Assembly (NCBI GenBank): GCA_035411425.1
Contig: DAONSX010000001.1
Coordinates: 133,150 to 197,149 of the forward strand
Direction of reading: 5' to 3'
Source: Bacteroidales bacterium
GTDB taxonomy: Bacteria; Bacteroidota; Bacteroidia; Bacteroidales; TTA-H9
DNA length: 64,000 nucleotides
The notes below the pieces were generated by a model, which did no database searches, was not told the DNA's origin, and saw nothing but the letters and a program-made list of their open reading frames with translations. Below are positions 30,340 to 39,181 of this stretch, in pieces (position 1 is the first letter of the stretch; every line of letters begins with the position of its first letter). The translations under genes were made by a program, and so were the position numbers.

Positions 30340-31737
30340 ATGGAAAAGGTAAGACAGACTTTGCGCGATTCAGCCGTAGCTCGGTGGACTGCTTTGGCAC
30401 TTGTGGCATTTACCATGTTAACGGGCTACTACCTCACCGATGTAATGGCTCCACTAAAAGGTTTGCTCGAGCAGCAGTTATCATGGACGAGTACTGAATA
30501 TGGCATATTTACCAGTGCTTATGGCTGGTTTAACGTGTTTCTACTCATGCTCATCATTGGAGGAATCATCCTCGATAAAATGGGCGTGAGGTTTACGGGG
30601 CTTGCATCTACTATAGTCATGATTACGGGTACGGCCATCAAATACTGGGCTGTATCGACCCATTCACTCGATGGCCAGGTTTGGAATTTTCTTGGCCTCT
30701 TCCAGATCAAAGCTCAGGTAGTTATGGCTGCGTTAGGATATGCAACATTTGGAGTAGGAGTGGAAACGGCTGGAATTACCGTATCGAAAATCATCGTAAA
30801 ATGGTTCAAAGGAAAGGAATTAGCTCTTGCTATGGGTTTGGAAATGGCTACTGCCCGCATAGGAACGGCTTTGGCTTTGTCCACTTCCGTACCTATTGCC
30901 CAAAAATTGGGTCATGTTTCGAAACCTATTCTTATCTGTTTGATTATGCTTTGCATCGGTTTTATCTCTTTTTTCATCTTTACTTTCATGGATAAAAAAC
31001 TCGATGCTTCTCAAGAAGCCTATGACAAAGATAATGAGGTAGTAGCCAACGAAGAATCATTCAAAGTTTCTGATATTCTGAAAATCATCAGTAACCGTGG
31101 ATGGTGGTTTATTGCTATTCTCTGCGTGCTCTTCTATTCGGCAGTTTTCCCTTTCCTTAAATATGCAGCCGACATGATGGTAAATAAATTCGGAATAGAT
31201 CAATCTATCGCCGGCACAATTCCAGCAGTATTACCTTTTGGCACAATCCTGCTAACACCTTTATTTGGCAATCTATACGACCGTAAAGGGAAAGGTGCTA
31301 CAATCATGATTATTGGTGCAATTTTACTTATCTTTGTACATGCCATATTTTCATTGCCCTTCATTAACCAATGGATCATTGCCGTGCTTTTAATCATTGT
31401 TCTTGGAATAGGCTTCTCTTTGGTGCCTTCAGCTATGTGGCCTTCCGTTCCTAAAATCATCCCCGAACATCAACTGGGTACAGCCTATGCCTTGATATTC
31501 TGGGTTCAAAACTGGGGCTTGATGGGCGTTCCTGCATTAATTGGCTGGGTACTCGATAAATATTGCGTTACAGGTCAAAAATTAGTGGAAGGAACTTTGG
31601 TAAATACATACAATTATACTCTCCCCATGATCATCTTTACTACTCTGGGTGTTTTAGCTCTTATTTTCGGTTTTCTCCTCAAAGCTGAAGACAAACGAAA
31701 AGGCTATGGTCTCCAACTTCCAAATATCCAAAAATAA
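30340..31737 (+). CDS. MFS transporter
   Basis: About 12 hydrophobic helices and a motif-A-like GGIILDKMGVRFTG. A -7 box TAAATTTG lies at 30289-30296. Confidence 0.85.
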   Translation: MEKVRQTLRDSAVARWTALALVAFTMLTGYYLTDVMAPLKGLLEQQLSWTSTEYGIFTSAYGWFNVFLLMLIIGGIILDKMGVRFTGLASTIVMITGTAIKYWAVSTHSLDGQVWNFLGLFQIKAQVVMAALGYATFGVGVETAGITVSKIIVKWFKGKELALAMGLEMATARIGTALALSTSVPIAQKLGHVSKPILICLIMLCIGFISFFIFTFMDKKLDASQEAYDKDNEVVANEESFKVSDILKIISNRGWWFIAILCVLFYSAVFPFLKYAADMMVNKFGIDQSIAGTIPAVLPFGTILLTPLFGNLYDRKGKGATIMIIGAILLIFVHAIFSLPFINQWIIAVLLIIVLGIGFSLVPSAMWPSVPKIIPEHQLGTAYALIFWVQNWGLMGVPALIGWVLDKYCVTGQKLVEGTLVNTYNYTLPMIIFTTLGVLALIFGFLLKAEDKRKGYGLQLPNIQK

Positions 31738-31751
31738 CTATCATAAAATAG

Positions 31752-31790
31752 GAGAGGGGTATTCATCGAATGACCCCTCTCTTTCTCCAT
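31752..31790 (+). terminator. Rho-independent terminator after the MFS gene
   Basis: Perfect 9-bp GC-rich stem GAGAGGGGT / ACCCCTCTC with a 12-nt loop, then a T-rich tail. Confidence 0.7.
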
Positions 31791-31850
31791 TTTCATGTAT
31801 ATGTTTTTTAGAAACCTTATTTCCAAAATAACCAAATGGAGGCTACGACA

Positions 31851-32969
31851 ATGAAAAAATTATTTCTTGCCATTATGGCGTTTAGCGTTAACTTAATTAC
31901 GGGATTTCATCTCGAAGCCCAAAACTATCAGCATTTCGAAACACCTGATAACTCATCTCCGAAATGTTATGTTGATTTGATTATTCTAGAGAATGATAAT
32001 GCCCAACTCGTCCTAGATATGCCCTCATCAGCAGAATTAGACTTCAACTCCCCAACCATTTTCTATGGAAAGATAGATAAAAATACGGGTGAAGCTTCTC
32101 TTCAATCAATGAACGAAAAACTTTGGCTGAATTTTTTATATACCCAAAAACAATTGAAGAATCCTAAATTAAACCAGGGTCAAAAACAGTTGTATCTGCC
32201 TTCTTTTAACCTGACATGGGATCGCGGTAACTTACCACTTAAAGTTATCCACCAAAACAAGAAGCAACCATTATTTAGCATGAAAGAAACCCCTAAGGCC
32301 GTTGTCGATATCATTTTCCCTTTGCCTCAGTATTCCATAAATCCACGAATAAATGATTCTATCATGTTTCATTTGTTCATGAGCTATTTTGGTCAAGAAT
32401 ATCCAAAAGGTAAAACTATCTTACAAGCCATTGATAATCAAATAGATAAATTTTGTAAATCATATATTACAGAAAATCAGGAATATTATGATAGATCTTT
32501 ACCCGATGCTGCTTTTAATTGGGAAAGAACTTATTCATTTCAAGTAATGTGTAACAGTAGAGATATATTTTGTATCAGAATCTTAAATTATGCCTTTACA
32601 GGAGGAGCTCATGGAATGGAAGTATCGAAATATCAGACTTTCAATTTAAAAAATGGTTCGGTAATCCATCTTGCCGAACAGTTAGACCTTGAGAAACAAG
32701 ACCTAATCATTGATTTGATTACTAAAAATTTAGCAAAAACTTATGCAGAAGAAACCCGCGGAAATCTCCTGGAAGCTGGATTTTTCAGCGATCATATAGA
32801 ATTGAGTAACGAAATCTATATTACAACTAACGGTTTGGGATTTGTTTATCAACCTTATGAAATTGCACCTTACTCGTTTGGATCCATCGAAGTTTTTCTG
32901 GAAAAAGAAAAAATTCTGCCATTTTTGAAACAAAATTCTTTTCTGATAAATTGGTTCAATAAGCATTAA
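31851..32969 (+). CDS. DUF3298/RsiV-like secreted protein
   Basis: Signal peptide MKKLFLAIMAFSVNL... and C-terminal motifs YAFTGGAHGM and GLGFVYQPYEIAPYSFG. The listed ORF starts five codons earlier, at 31836. Confidence 0.75.
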   Translation: MKKLFLAIMAFSVNLITGFHLEAQNYQHFETPDNSSPKCYVDLIILENDNAQLVLDMPSSAELDFNSPTIFYGKIDKNTGEASLQSMNEKLWLNFLYTQKQLKNPKLNQGQKQLYLPSFNLTWDRGNLPLKVIHQNKKQPLFSMKETPKAVVDIIFPLPQYSINPRINDSIMFHLFMSYFGQEYPKGKTILQAIDNQIDKFCKSYITENQEYYDRSLPDAAFNWERTYSFQVMCNSRDIFCIRILNYAFTGGAHGMEVSKYQTFNLKNGSVIHLAEQLDLEKQDLIIDLITKNLAKTYAEETRGNLLEAGFFSDHIELSNEIYITTNGLGFVYQPYEIAPYSFGSIEVFLEKEKILPFLKQNSFLINWFNKH

Positions 32970-33146
32970 CTTCATTCTGAATTTCTTTGCTTTGATTCTT
33001 GCTCCTTTCATTTTTTCTGACGAAAACAAAGAGGGGGAATGTTTTATTTAATCACGAGTTTATATAAGGGGACGATATAATGAAATAGTCTATTTAACAT
33101 AATATAAATTATATTACAAATTAACTTTTAAGAAAAGAACCCAAAA

Positions 33147-34685
33147 CTACTTTAAGAAAAGTTTCTTTTCCCCATCGGCACCGATAATAAAATATTGGTT
33201 ACATTCAATAAGCAAAGCTTGCGGTGTATACATGCTGTGATAAAATGGAACGTTGATAGCAATGACTTTCCCATTGTACCTCGAGTTGATCTCTGGTATT
33301 TCGGAATGCCCTATAATGATATGAGAAACTTCATAAAAGCTAAGCACACTATCAATGTAGGACTCAGACAAAGTCTGGAAATAACTGTATTCATGCAGTA
33401 AATCTCTGAACCATAATGGTCCATCATCTAATAGCATAAATATTTCTAATTCATTTAATTTACGTTTATTATCCGATAAAGTATTATAGATGACATCATT
33501 TATTTCATTTATTGACAGCATTTTAGAAAGATGTTCCGGCCCAATTCCAGCATGTACAAAGAGTATATCGCCTATTTTCAAAATTGCAGGTTTGCTTCTG
33601 ATAAATCTGCCCAACTCGCTATCGGGAGTATAAAATTCCCAATAGTTCATCGAAAAATATTCACAAATATTACGATATTTTTCGTTCAAGTACCTATGAT
33701 CGCCAATAAGTGCCATAATTTCGTGATTTCCTAAAATAAGGTGGACTCGTCCGCCATTTATTTGTGCTTGGCTTTCAAAGTGTTGAACGAACCAAATCAG
33801 TTCCGTAACTTGGCAGCCTCTATCGAACAAATCGCCGATAAACACGATTTGACCATTTCCCCATATCCAATTGAATGCAGCATCGATGATTTTGTTTCCT
33901 ATCATTAAACTAAGGAGTGATTGTAAATTGCCATGTAAATCACCAATGGCCAGTAAGCGCTCGGGCATGTCACAAATACCCGGTGAGCGATCATAATGTC
34001 GTTTTATCTCAACGGGATGAAAAAGGATGGATGATTTTAATACAAAAGGGAGTTTAACGGAATGGAATAATTCCGATTTTTCACACAAGCGACGATCTCG
34101 AGTATAGAAATACTTTAGCTCAAAAGAGGACGAATCTTTCCACTCCACAAAGGGTCCGTCGGTATATTCAGGCCAATGGAGTGCTTTTTCTTGCATCAAA
34201 GTAGCATGTTGGAGATAGATTGCAAGGTTTTGATCGGTCGACGAATGAATGTAATCTATAGGCCGCTTCCCGAATTTATCTTTTGCATGCAGATTAGCCC
34301 CAGCTTTTACAAGATAGGTCAAAATAAGCAGTTGATTTCTTTTAATGGAAAGCGCAACAGGCGTATTTCCATTATCGTCGCTTACATCAGATAGGGCATC
34401 ATGATCGAGTAATAGTTTTACTATTTCGGGCTCATCGCTGAGTATGGCCAAAATCAATAGTGTTTCCGATCGAACACATAGGTTAGGATTGGCACCAGAT
34501 TGAAGTAAAAATGCAACCATATCTTTCTGTTTCAGTTTAATGGCAATACTCAAGGCTGTTTCCGATTTTTCAGTGTCGAGAAAATCGTCGATCCCCAAAT
34601 GATAGTTATGCATTGCTTTTATGAGAGATGCCGAATCATTGGTTGAAATATAACGTTTTATTTCCTCGACAAGTGTTGCATCCAT
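33147..34685 (-). CDS. ankyrin-repeat protein fused to a PPP-family (Shelph-like) metallophosphatase
   Basis: N-terminal ankyrin repeats (ALSIAIKLKQKDMVAFLLQSGANPN, LLILAILSDEPEIVKLLLDHDA, GNTPVALSIKRNQLLILTYLVKAGANL). C-terminal PPP motifs GDLHGN, GDLFDRG and GNHE (LILGNHEIMALIGDHRY). Confidence 0.8.
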   Translation of the reverse strand: MDATLVEEIKRYISTNDSASLIKAMHNYHLGIDDFLDTEKSETALSIAIKLKQKDMVAFLLQSGANPNLCVRSETLLILAILSDEPEIVKLLLDHDALSDVSDDNGNTPVALSIKRNQLLILTYLVKAGANLHAKDKFGKRPIDYIHSSTDQNLAIYLQHATLMQEKALHWPEYTDGPFVEWKDSSSFELKYFYTRDRRLCEKSELFHSVKLPFVLKSSILFHPVEIKRHYDRSPGICDMPERLLAIGDLHGNLQSLLSLMIGNKIIDAAFNWIWGNGQIVFIGDLFDRGCQVTELIWFVQHFESQAQINGGRVHLILGNHEIMALIGDHRYLNEKYRNICEYFSMNYWEFYTPDSELGRFIRSKPAILKIGDILFVHAGIGPEHLSKMLSINEINDVIYNTLSDNKRKLNELEIFMLLDDGPLWFRDLLHEYSYFQTLSESYIDSVLSFYEVSHIIIGHSEIPEINSRYNGKVIAINVPFYHSMYTPQALLIECNQYFIIGADGEKKLFLK

Positions 34686-34921
34686 TACTTCAACAGATAT
34701 ATTATATAAAATTCATAATCAGGATACTGTAATTAATTAACATTCTTCTTATCTGAACGCTCATATGAGCTTATATCGAACGAATAAGATTATAAAAATA
34801 CATACAAAACCTTTTATATTGATAAATCATTTATAATCAATCAATTATTCCACGTATTCGATAGGTTCAAGTTAGTTGAATTATACCAAACCAGAATGAA
34901 TTCTTGCATAAAAGTCTTAAC

Positions 34922-35191
34922 TTATTCATTATGATTATATTTTGCAGAAAGGAAGGCTATATATATGGCCTTGATGAGTTTTGCGAAAATATTTAATGAA
35001 GGAATGCAACCCCGCTGTTCAAAATCCTCGTGAATACAGTAATTATGGTTCGAAGAAAGGGGTTCTATGGACTTATTCTGTAGTGATTTGTCGTTTTCAT
35101 GTCCATCGAGCTCTTTATCTTTGAGTTTGCTTAATTCGTCCAGATATTTTTCTCTGGCATGTTGTATTTCATAGAAAAATTCACTGCGCAT
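34922..35191 (-). CDS. hypothetical small protein (89 aa)
   Basis: It is the only ORF in a 712-bp AT-rich gap. A minus-strand -7 box (plus-strand CAAATTTA, 35227-35234, reverse complement TAAATTTG) lies 35 nt upstream of its ATG. I recognise no motif. Confidence 0.4.
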   Translation of the reverse strand: MRSEFFYEIQHAREKYLDELSKLKDKELDGHENDKSLQNKSIEPLSSNHNYCIHEDFEQRGCIPSLNIFAKLIKAIYIAFLSAKYNHNE

Positions 35192-35260
35192 GGTATGAAT
35201 AACTTAAATTCTTAAAGAGTAAAATCCAAATTTATAGTTTAAATTACCTGTTTTATAATA

Positions 35261-35358
35261 AATTAAGTAAAAAAATCTGCTTAATTTAATAATTAAGCAA
35301 AACTTAAACAAATTAAATTTTATTGAATTAAGGAAAAGTATTGACTTAATTAAGTAAA
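35261..35358. promoter_or_regulatory. cluster of AATTAAG boxes and palindromes in a divergent promoter region
   Basis: AATTAAGTAAA (35261-35271). Palindrome GCTTAATT-TAAT-AATTAAGC (35279-35298). AATTAAG (35326-35332). Palindrome CTTAATTAAG (35345-35354), running into a second AATTAAGTAAA (35348-35358). The last palindrome lies between a TTG (35341) and the -7 box TATTTTTG (35364-35371) of the 35398 gene. Confidence 0.45.
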
Positions 35359-35397
35359 TGAAATATTTTTGCCATTCTCATCAGGTCATTTTTTTTC

Positions 35398-36549
35398 ATG
35401 AATTCATTTGTTTCGTTTACTGACGCTCCTCCTCTTCGTTTACTCCGGTTTGCTGCTGATGCTATCGATGGAATCGAAAAGGGCCTTATAGTATTTTATC
35501 AAATGCCAGGCAACAAACTTATTGCCCAAAGTGTCGAAAGAAACCATGATGAAGGTTGGGAAGTGAGGAGTGTATTAGTGGAAGATTTCTATGAATTTTT
35601 CCGGAGTGAACGTCAGCGTAAAGGGGCCTACCAATGGTTAGGGAAGGATGATTTACCTTTCGAGGTACACAATCAGGCTTTTTCTCATACCATATTCGAT
35701 GAGTTCGACCGCACCATTCTTTTGCTCAGATTTTTAGATGAAACCAATCAGGGATATGACCTGCTCTATTTGTATTTTAATCCAAGATTCAAATCCGCCT
35801 TTTTATCTTCTGAAAAACAATCTTTTAGCACTAGCGAGAAAGCACTTACTGCACAAATCCTCCATCGTTTGTTAGCAACATTTTTAGTATTGATGAGAGA
35901 AGAAAGGGAATCATTCGGGCAATTGATGAATAATACTCGTCAGTTGGCCAATAGATTTCAGAATGAGCGAAATAAGACAGAACTGCTTGAAAAGCAGGCT
36001 GGGCAGAGCCTCGTGGAATATTCGAAGGATATATTGAATGAATTAGCCTGCAAGTATAATAGGAAAGCCTTACTTTCTCCTGAAGCCGAGACATTAATCA
36101 GGAATTTTTCCGGAAAGCTTTCTCACCTCAAAGAATTATTAACCAACGCATTTCATTTTTCACTGATTTTAAATGAGCCTAATCAGGAGCTAATGATTCA
36201 GGATTGGCACATGGATATAGAAAAGTCGCCATTAAAATCCGATAAGCGAAGAAAGGAAAAATATGAACATTTGGGACGCACGGGTGATTTGCTGAATCGT
36301 TTGGAATTTGCTGCTCGAAGCGTGTTGAATGATCGATTGCCTCTAACGGGGAAAAATGTTGGCAGCCATTGTGATAAACCCATATCGGCTCCGGCTATAA
36401 GCGATGCATTAAAAAAACACCGTTCAGAAATCATCGCCTTATTCGAGCAATATCCTGATCAATGGCCCATCATACGCAAAGATTTTGCTCCTATAAGAAA
36501 CATTCTCATAGCGTCGGGCGAGAAAGGGAAAAACCGAAGAGTCGGGTGA
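35398..36549 (+). CDS. hypothetical protein (383 aa, no recognised domain)
   Basis: Long ORF with a consensus -7 box 27 nt upstream. It has a predicted alpha/beta N-terminal part, a central coiled-coil-like segment (QLANRFQNERNKTELLEKQAGQSL) and a basic C-terminal end. I could find no catalytic or DNA-binding signature. Confidence 0.6.
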   Translation: MNSFVSFTDAPPLRLLRFAADAIDGIEKGLIVFYQMPGNKLIAQSVERNHDEGWEVRSVLVEDFYEFFRSERQRKGAYQWLGKDDLPFEVHNQAFSHTIFDEFDRTILLLRFLDETNQGYDLLYLYFNPRFKSAFLSSEKQSFSTSEKALTAQILHRLLATFLVLMREERESFGQLMNNTRQLANRFQNERNKTELLEKQAGQSLVEYSKDILNELACKYNRKALLSPEAETLIRNFSGKLSHLKELLTNAFHFSLILNEPNQELMIQDWHMDIEKSPLKSDKRRKEKYEHLGRTGDLLNRLEFAARSVLNDRLPLTGKNVGSHCDKPISAPAISDALKKHRSEIIALFEQYPDQWPIIRKDFAPIRNILIASGEKGKNRRVG

Positions 36550-36643
36550 ACCATATCCTGTGTCAACGTAAAAGTGTCAGGCCATAAAACGGAGCAGATC
36601 GAATACTTATCATGTATTACCAACTCATAGGGCTCAAGCAAAA

Positions 36644-36677
36644 ATTGACGATTTTCTTGAATTGACCTCTCGTCAAT
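36644..36677. terminator. hairpin between convergent genes (possible bidirectional terminator)
   Basis: ATTGACGA-N18-TCGTCAAT forms an 8-bp stem, between the stop at 36549 and the stop at 36719. Confidence 0.3.
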
Positions 36678-36718
36678 ACTATTCTGGCATTGGTACTCAC
36701 ATTCTCCATTTTCTCTAC

Positions 36719-37651
36719 TCAGCTCATTTCAAAAGGATGTTCTTGTTCAAAATCTGGATTGTAGGTTTTATGACTCTCCAATTCCTGTATCCAGCCATTA
36801 TGAAATCCAAGCTCATAAAATCGCTGTACTACCATTTCGTATTCTTGCAAATCGATTGGACGTTGTAAAGCCACATCCATTTTCTGGTAAAATTGAGGAT
36901 TGTATTGTGACATCAGGCTTATATAAACATTCGTAGAAATTTCGTCGGCTATGGTTTCGAGCACTTTTATACTATTTTCGATATAACCCGGTAATACCAA
37001 ATGCCGAATGATCAATCCCGACTCGGCCTGACCTTCTTTATTCACAATCACATTAGAACCTTTCTGCCGAAACATTTCCCTGATGGCCTTCAAGGCAACT
37101 TCGGGATAATTACTCGCCATGGAAAGTCTTCTGGCTAATGATCGATCAGCATATTTGAAGTCAGGTAGCCAAACATCAACCCATTCTTCCAGTTCTTTCA
37201 ACTGCTCTGTGTTTTCATAACCGCTGGTATTATAAACGAAAGGGGGATGATAACCATTAGATTTAAGCTCAGAAATTATTGCCTTTACATGGGGGATATA
37301 ATGAGTTGGGCTCACAAAACCAACGGCTTTACAACCCTCTTCCAGTAGTTTCATTACTCTTGCCGTAACTTCATGAACACGATAGAGATAAGGATCCAGA
37401 ACCATCTTATTTTGGCTAATTTGCATATTCTGACAGAATTGGCATTGCAAAGTACAGTGCATGAAAAAGATATTTGCTATACCATATTGACCACTGATGG
37501 GGGGTTCTTCTCCGGTGTGCCTGCAAATAGAGCCTATTGCAAGTCTATCGTTGGCATGGCAAAATCCCGATGCCTCTTTCGAACGATCTACTCCGCAGTT
37601 TCTTGGGCATAATTTGCACTTTGTATATTCAGTAAAATCGAATTCACTCAT
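36719..37651 (-). CDS. radical SAM protein, PflX-like (COG1313-type)
   Basis: Radical-SAM cluster CTLQCQFC (CxxxCxxC) plus an extra N-terminal Cys motif, CKLCPRNCGVDR. Confidence 0.75.
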   Translation of the reverse strand: MSEFDFTEYTKCKLCPRNCGVDRSKEASGFCHANDRLAIGSICRHTGEEPPISGQYGIANIFFMHCTLQCQFCQNMQISQNKMVLDPYLYRVHEVTARVMKLLEEGCKAVGFVSPTHYIPHVKAIISELKSNGYHPPFVYNTSGYENTEQLKELEEWVDVWLPDFKYADRSLARRLSMASNYPEVALKAIREMFRQKGSNVIVNKEGQAESGLIIRHLVLPGYIENSIKVLETIADEISTNVYISLMSQYNPQFYQKMDVALQRPIDLQEYEMVVQRFYELGFHNGWIQELESHKTYNPDFEQEHPFEMS

Positions 37652-37719
37652 TTTTCTAATGATGTTCTATAAAACGGCATGCTGTGATGGCGAAAATATG
37701 TTCGATACGATGATGAAAT

Positions 37720-39111
37720 TCAACCCAGCCGTTTTTCAAAGACCAGATGATATTTTTTTATTCTTCGGTCTAATGCCTGAAAAGAAATGTTCAAAAGTTT
37801 TGCGGCGGCTGATTTGTTGAAATTTGACTGGTGGATTGCTTTAATGATGGCGTTGCGTTCGAGGATCTCCAGATCGAGAACCTCGAGATTATTATTTGTG
37901 CGAGAAATTTTTTTCGATATCTTGTCGAATTGAAAGTCATCGGCAACCAGCCGGTCTCCTTCCGATAGAATGATCGCTCTTTCGACCATGTTGCGCAATT
38001 CTCTCACATTGCCAGGGAATGAATAGTCAATAAGAGTATCCACGACTTCCTTGTCGATGCGGGTGATTTTTTTATTCATTTTTTTTGAAAAATCATCAAT
38101 AAAATAATTGATTAGCAATGGGATATCTTCTTTGCGTTCTCGCAGAGGTGGGATATGGATAATGAATGCGCTGAGGCGGTGATATAAATCGAGGCGGAAT
38201 TGTTTTTCTTCGGTAAGTTTTTCGAGGTCTTGATTGGTTGCTGCAATGATTCTGACGTCGATACCAATTTCTTGAGTCCCTCCTACTCTGCTGATTTTAC
38301 GTTCTTCGAGTACGCGCAGAAATTTAGTCTGCAGGCTCAGAGGCAAATCGCCAATTTCGTCTAAAAACAAAGTGCCTTTGTTGGCTACTTCGAACCATCC
38401 GGTTTTATTTTCATTTGCGCCAGTAAACGAACCCTTGGTGTGTCCAAAGAATTCCGATTCAAACAGTGTTTCGGTGATAGCCGAAGAGTTTACTGCATAG
38501 AAGTAATGATCCTTGCGAGGGCTCATGTAGTGTATAGCTCTGGCGACTAGTTCTTTGCCTGTGCCGCTTTCACCCATGATCAACACATTGGTAGGATCGC
38601 TCTTAGCAACTTTACTTACAAGTTCAGATACCTTTTTCATGGCCTGACTCTGCGCAATAAAACCTTGTCCAAGTTCTTTCCTAATGTTGTCTTTAAATAG
38701 ATTGAATGAATTTTCAACTTCTTTGAGTCGGTTGTTCAAATCGATAAATCGGCGCGTTCGTTCGATAGCCGAAATTACTTCGGTCAACGAAAAAGGTTTG
38801 GGCAAATAATCGCATGCTCCGCTTCGCATAGCTTCGATAACGCTTTGCATTTCCCCATGGCCCGAAATCATAATCACTTCTTTTTCAGGATATTCCATCT
38901 TTATGATTTTCAAAAGTTCGAGCCCATTTATACCTGGCAAACGAATATCGAGAAAAACAACATCAACGCGATTGGCCTTCAATACCTCCAAGGCTTCGGT
39001 GGAGGCTTCGGCCAAAAAAACATTGAAATTGTTATTTTGAAGATACTCGGCTAATTCGTTACGAATAATCTCTTCATCGTCAACAATAAGAATATTTAGT
39101 TGCTCAGCCAT
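37720..39111 (-). CDS. sigma-54-dependent response regulator (NtrC family)
   Basis: REC domain (VVFLDIRLPGINGLE). AAA+ domain with Walker A GESGTGKE, GSFTGA loop and Walker B LFLDEIG. C-terminal Fis-type HTH (NKSAAAKLLNISFQAL). Confidence 0.92.
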   Translation of the reverse strand: MAEQLNILIVDDEEIIRNELAEYLQNNNFNVFLAEASTEALEVLKANRVDVVFLDIRLPGINGLELLKIIKMEYPEKEVIMISGHGEMQSVIEAMRSGACDYLPKPFSLTEVISAIERTRRFIDLNNRLKEVENSFNLFKDNIRKELGQGFIAQSQAMKKVSELVSKVAKSDPTNVLIMGESGTGKELVARAIHYMSPRKDHYFYAVNSSAITETLFESEFFGHTKGSFTGANENKTGWFEVANKGTLFLDEIGDLPLSLQTKFLRVLEERKISRVGGTQEIGIDVRIIAATNQDLEKLTEEKQFRLDLYHRLSAFIIHIPPLRERKEDIPLLINYFIDDFSKKMNKKITRIDKEVVDTLIDYSFPGNVRELRNMVERAIILSEGDRLVADDFQFDKISKKISRTNNNLEVLDLEILERNAIIKAIHQSNFNKSAAAKLLNISFQALDRRIKKYHLVFEKRLG

Positions 39112-39181
39112 TCTTAAGCAAATTCGTTTTAATGTTCTATGAGAAGGAATTTTTGCAAAGTTATAAATTCCGACTGGCTTA

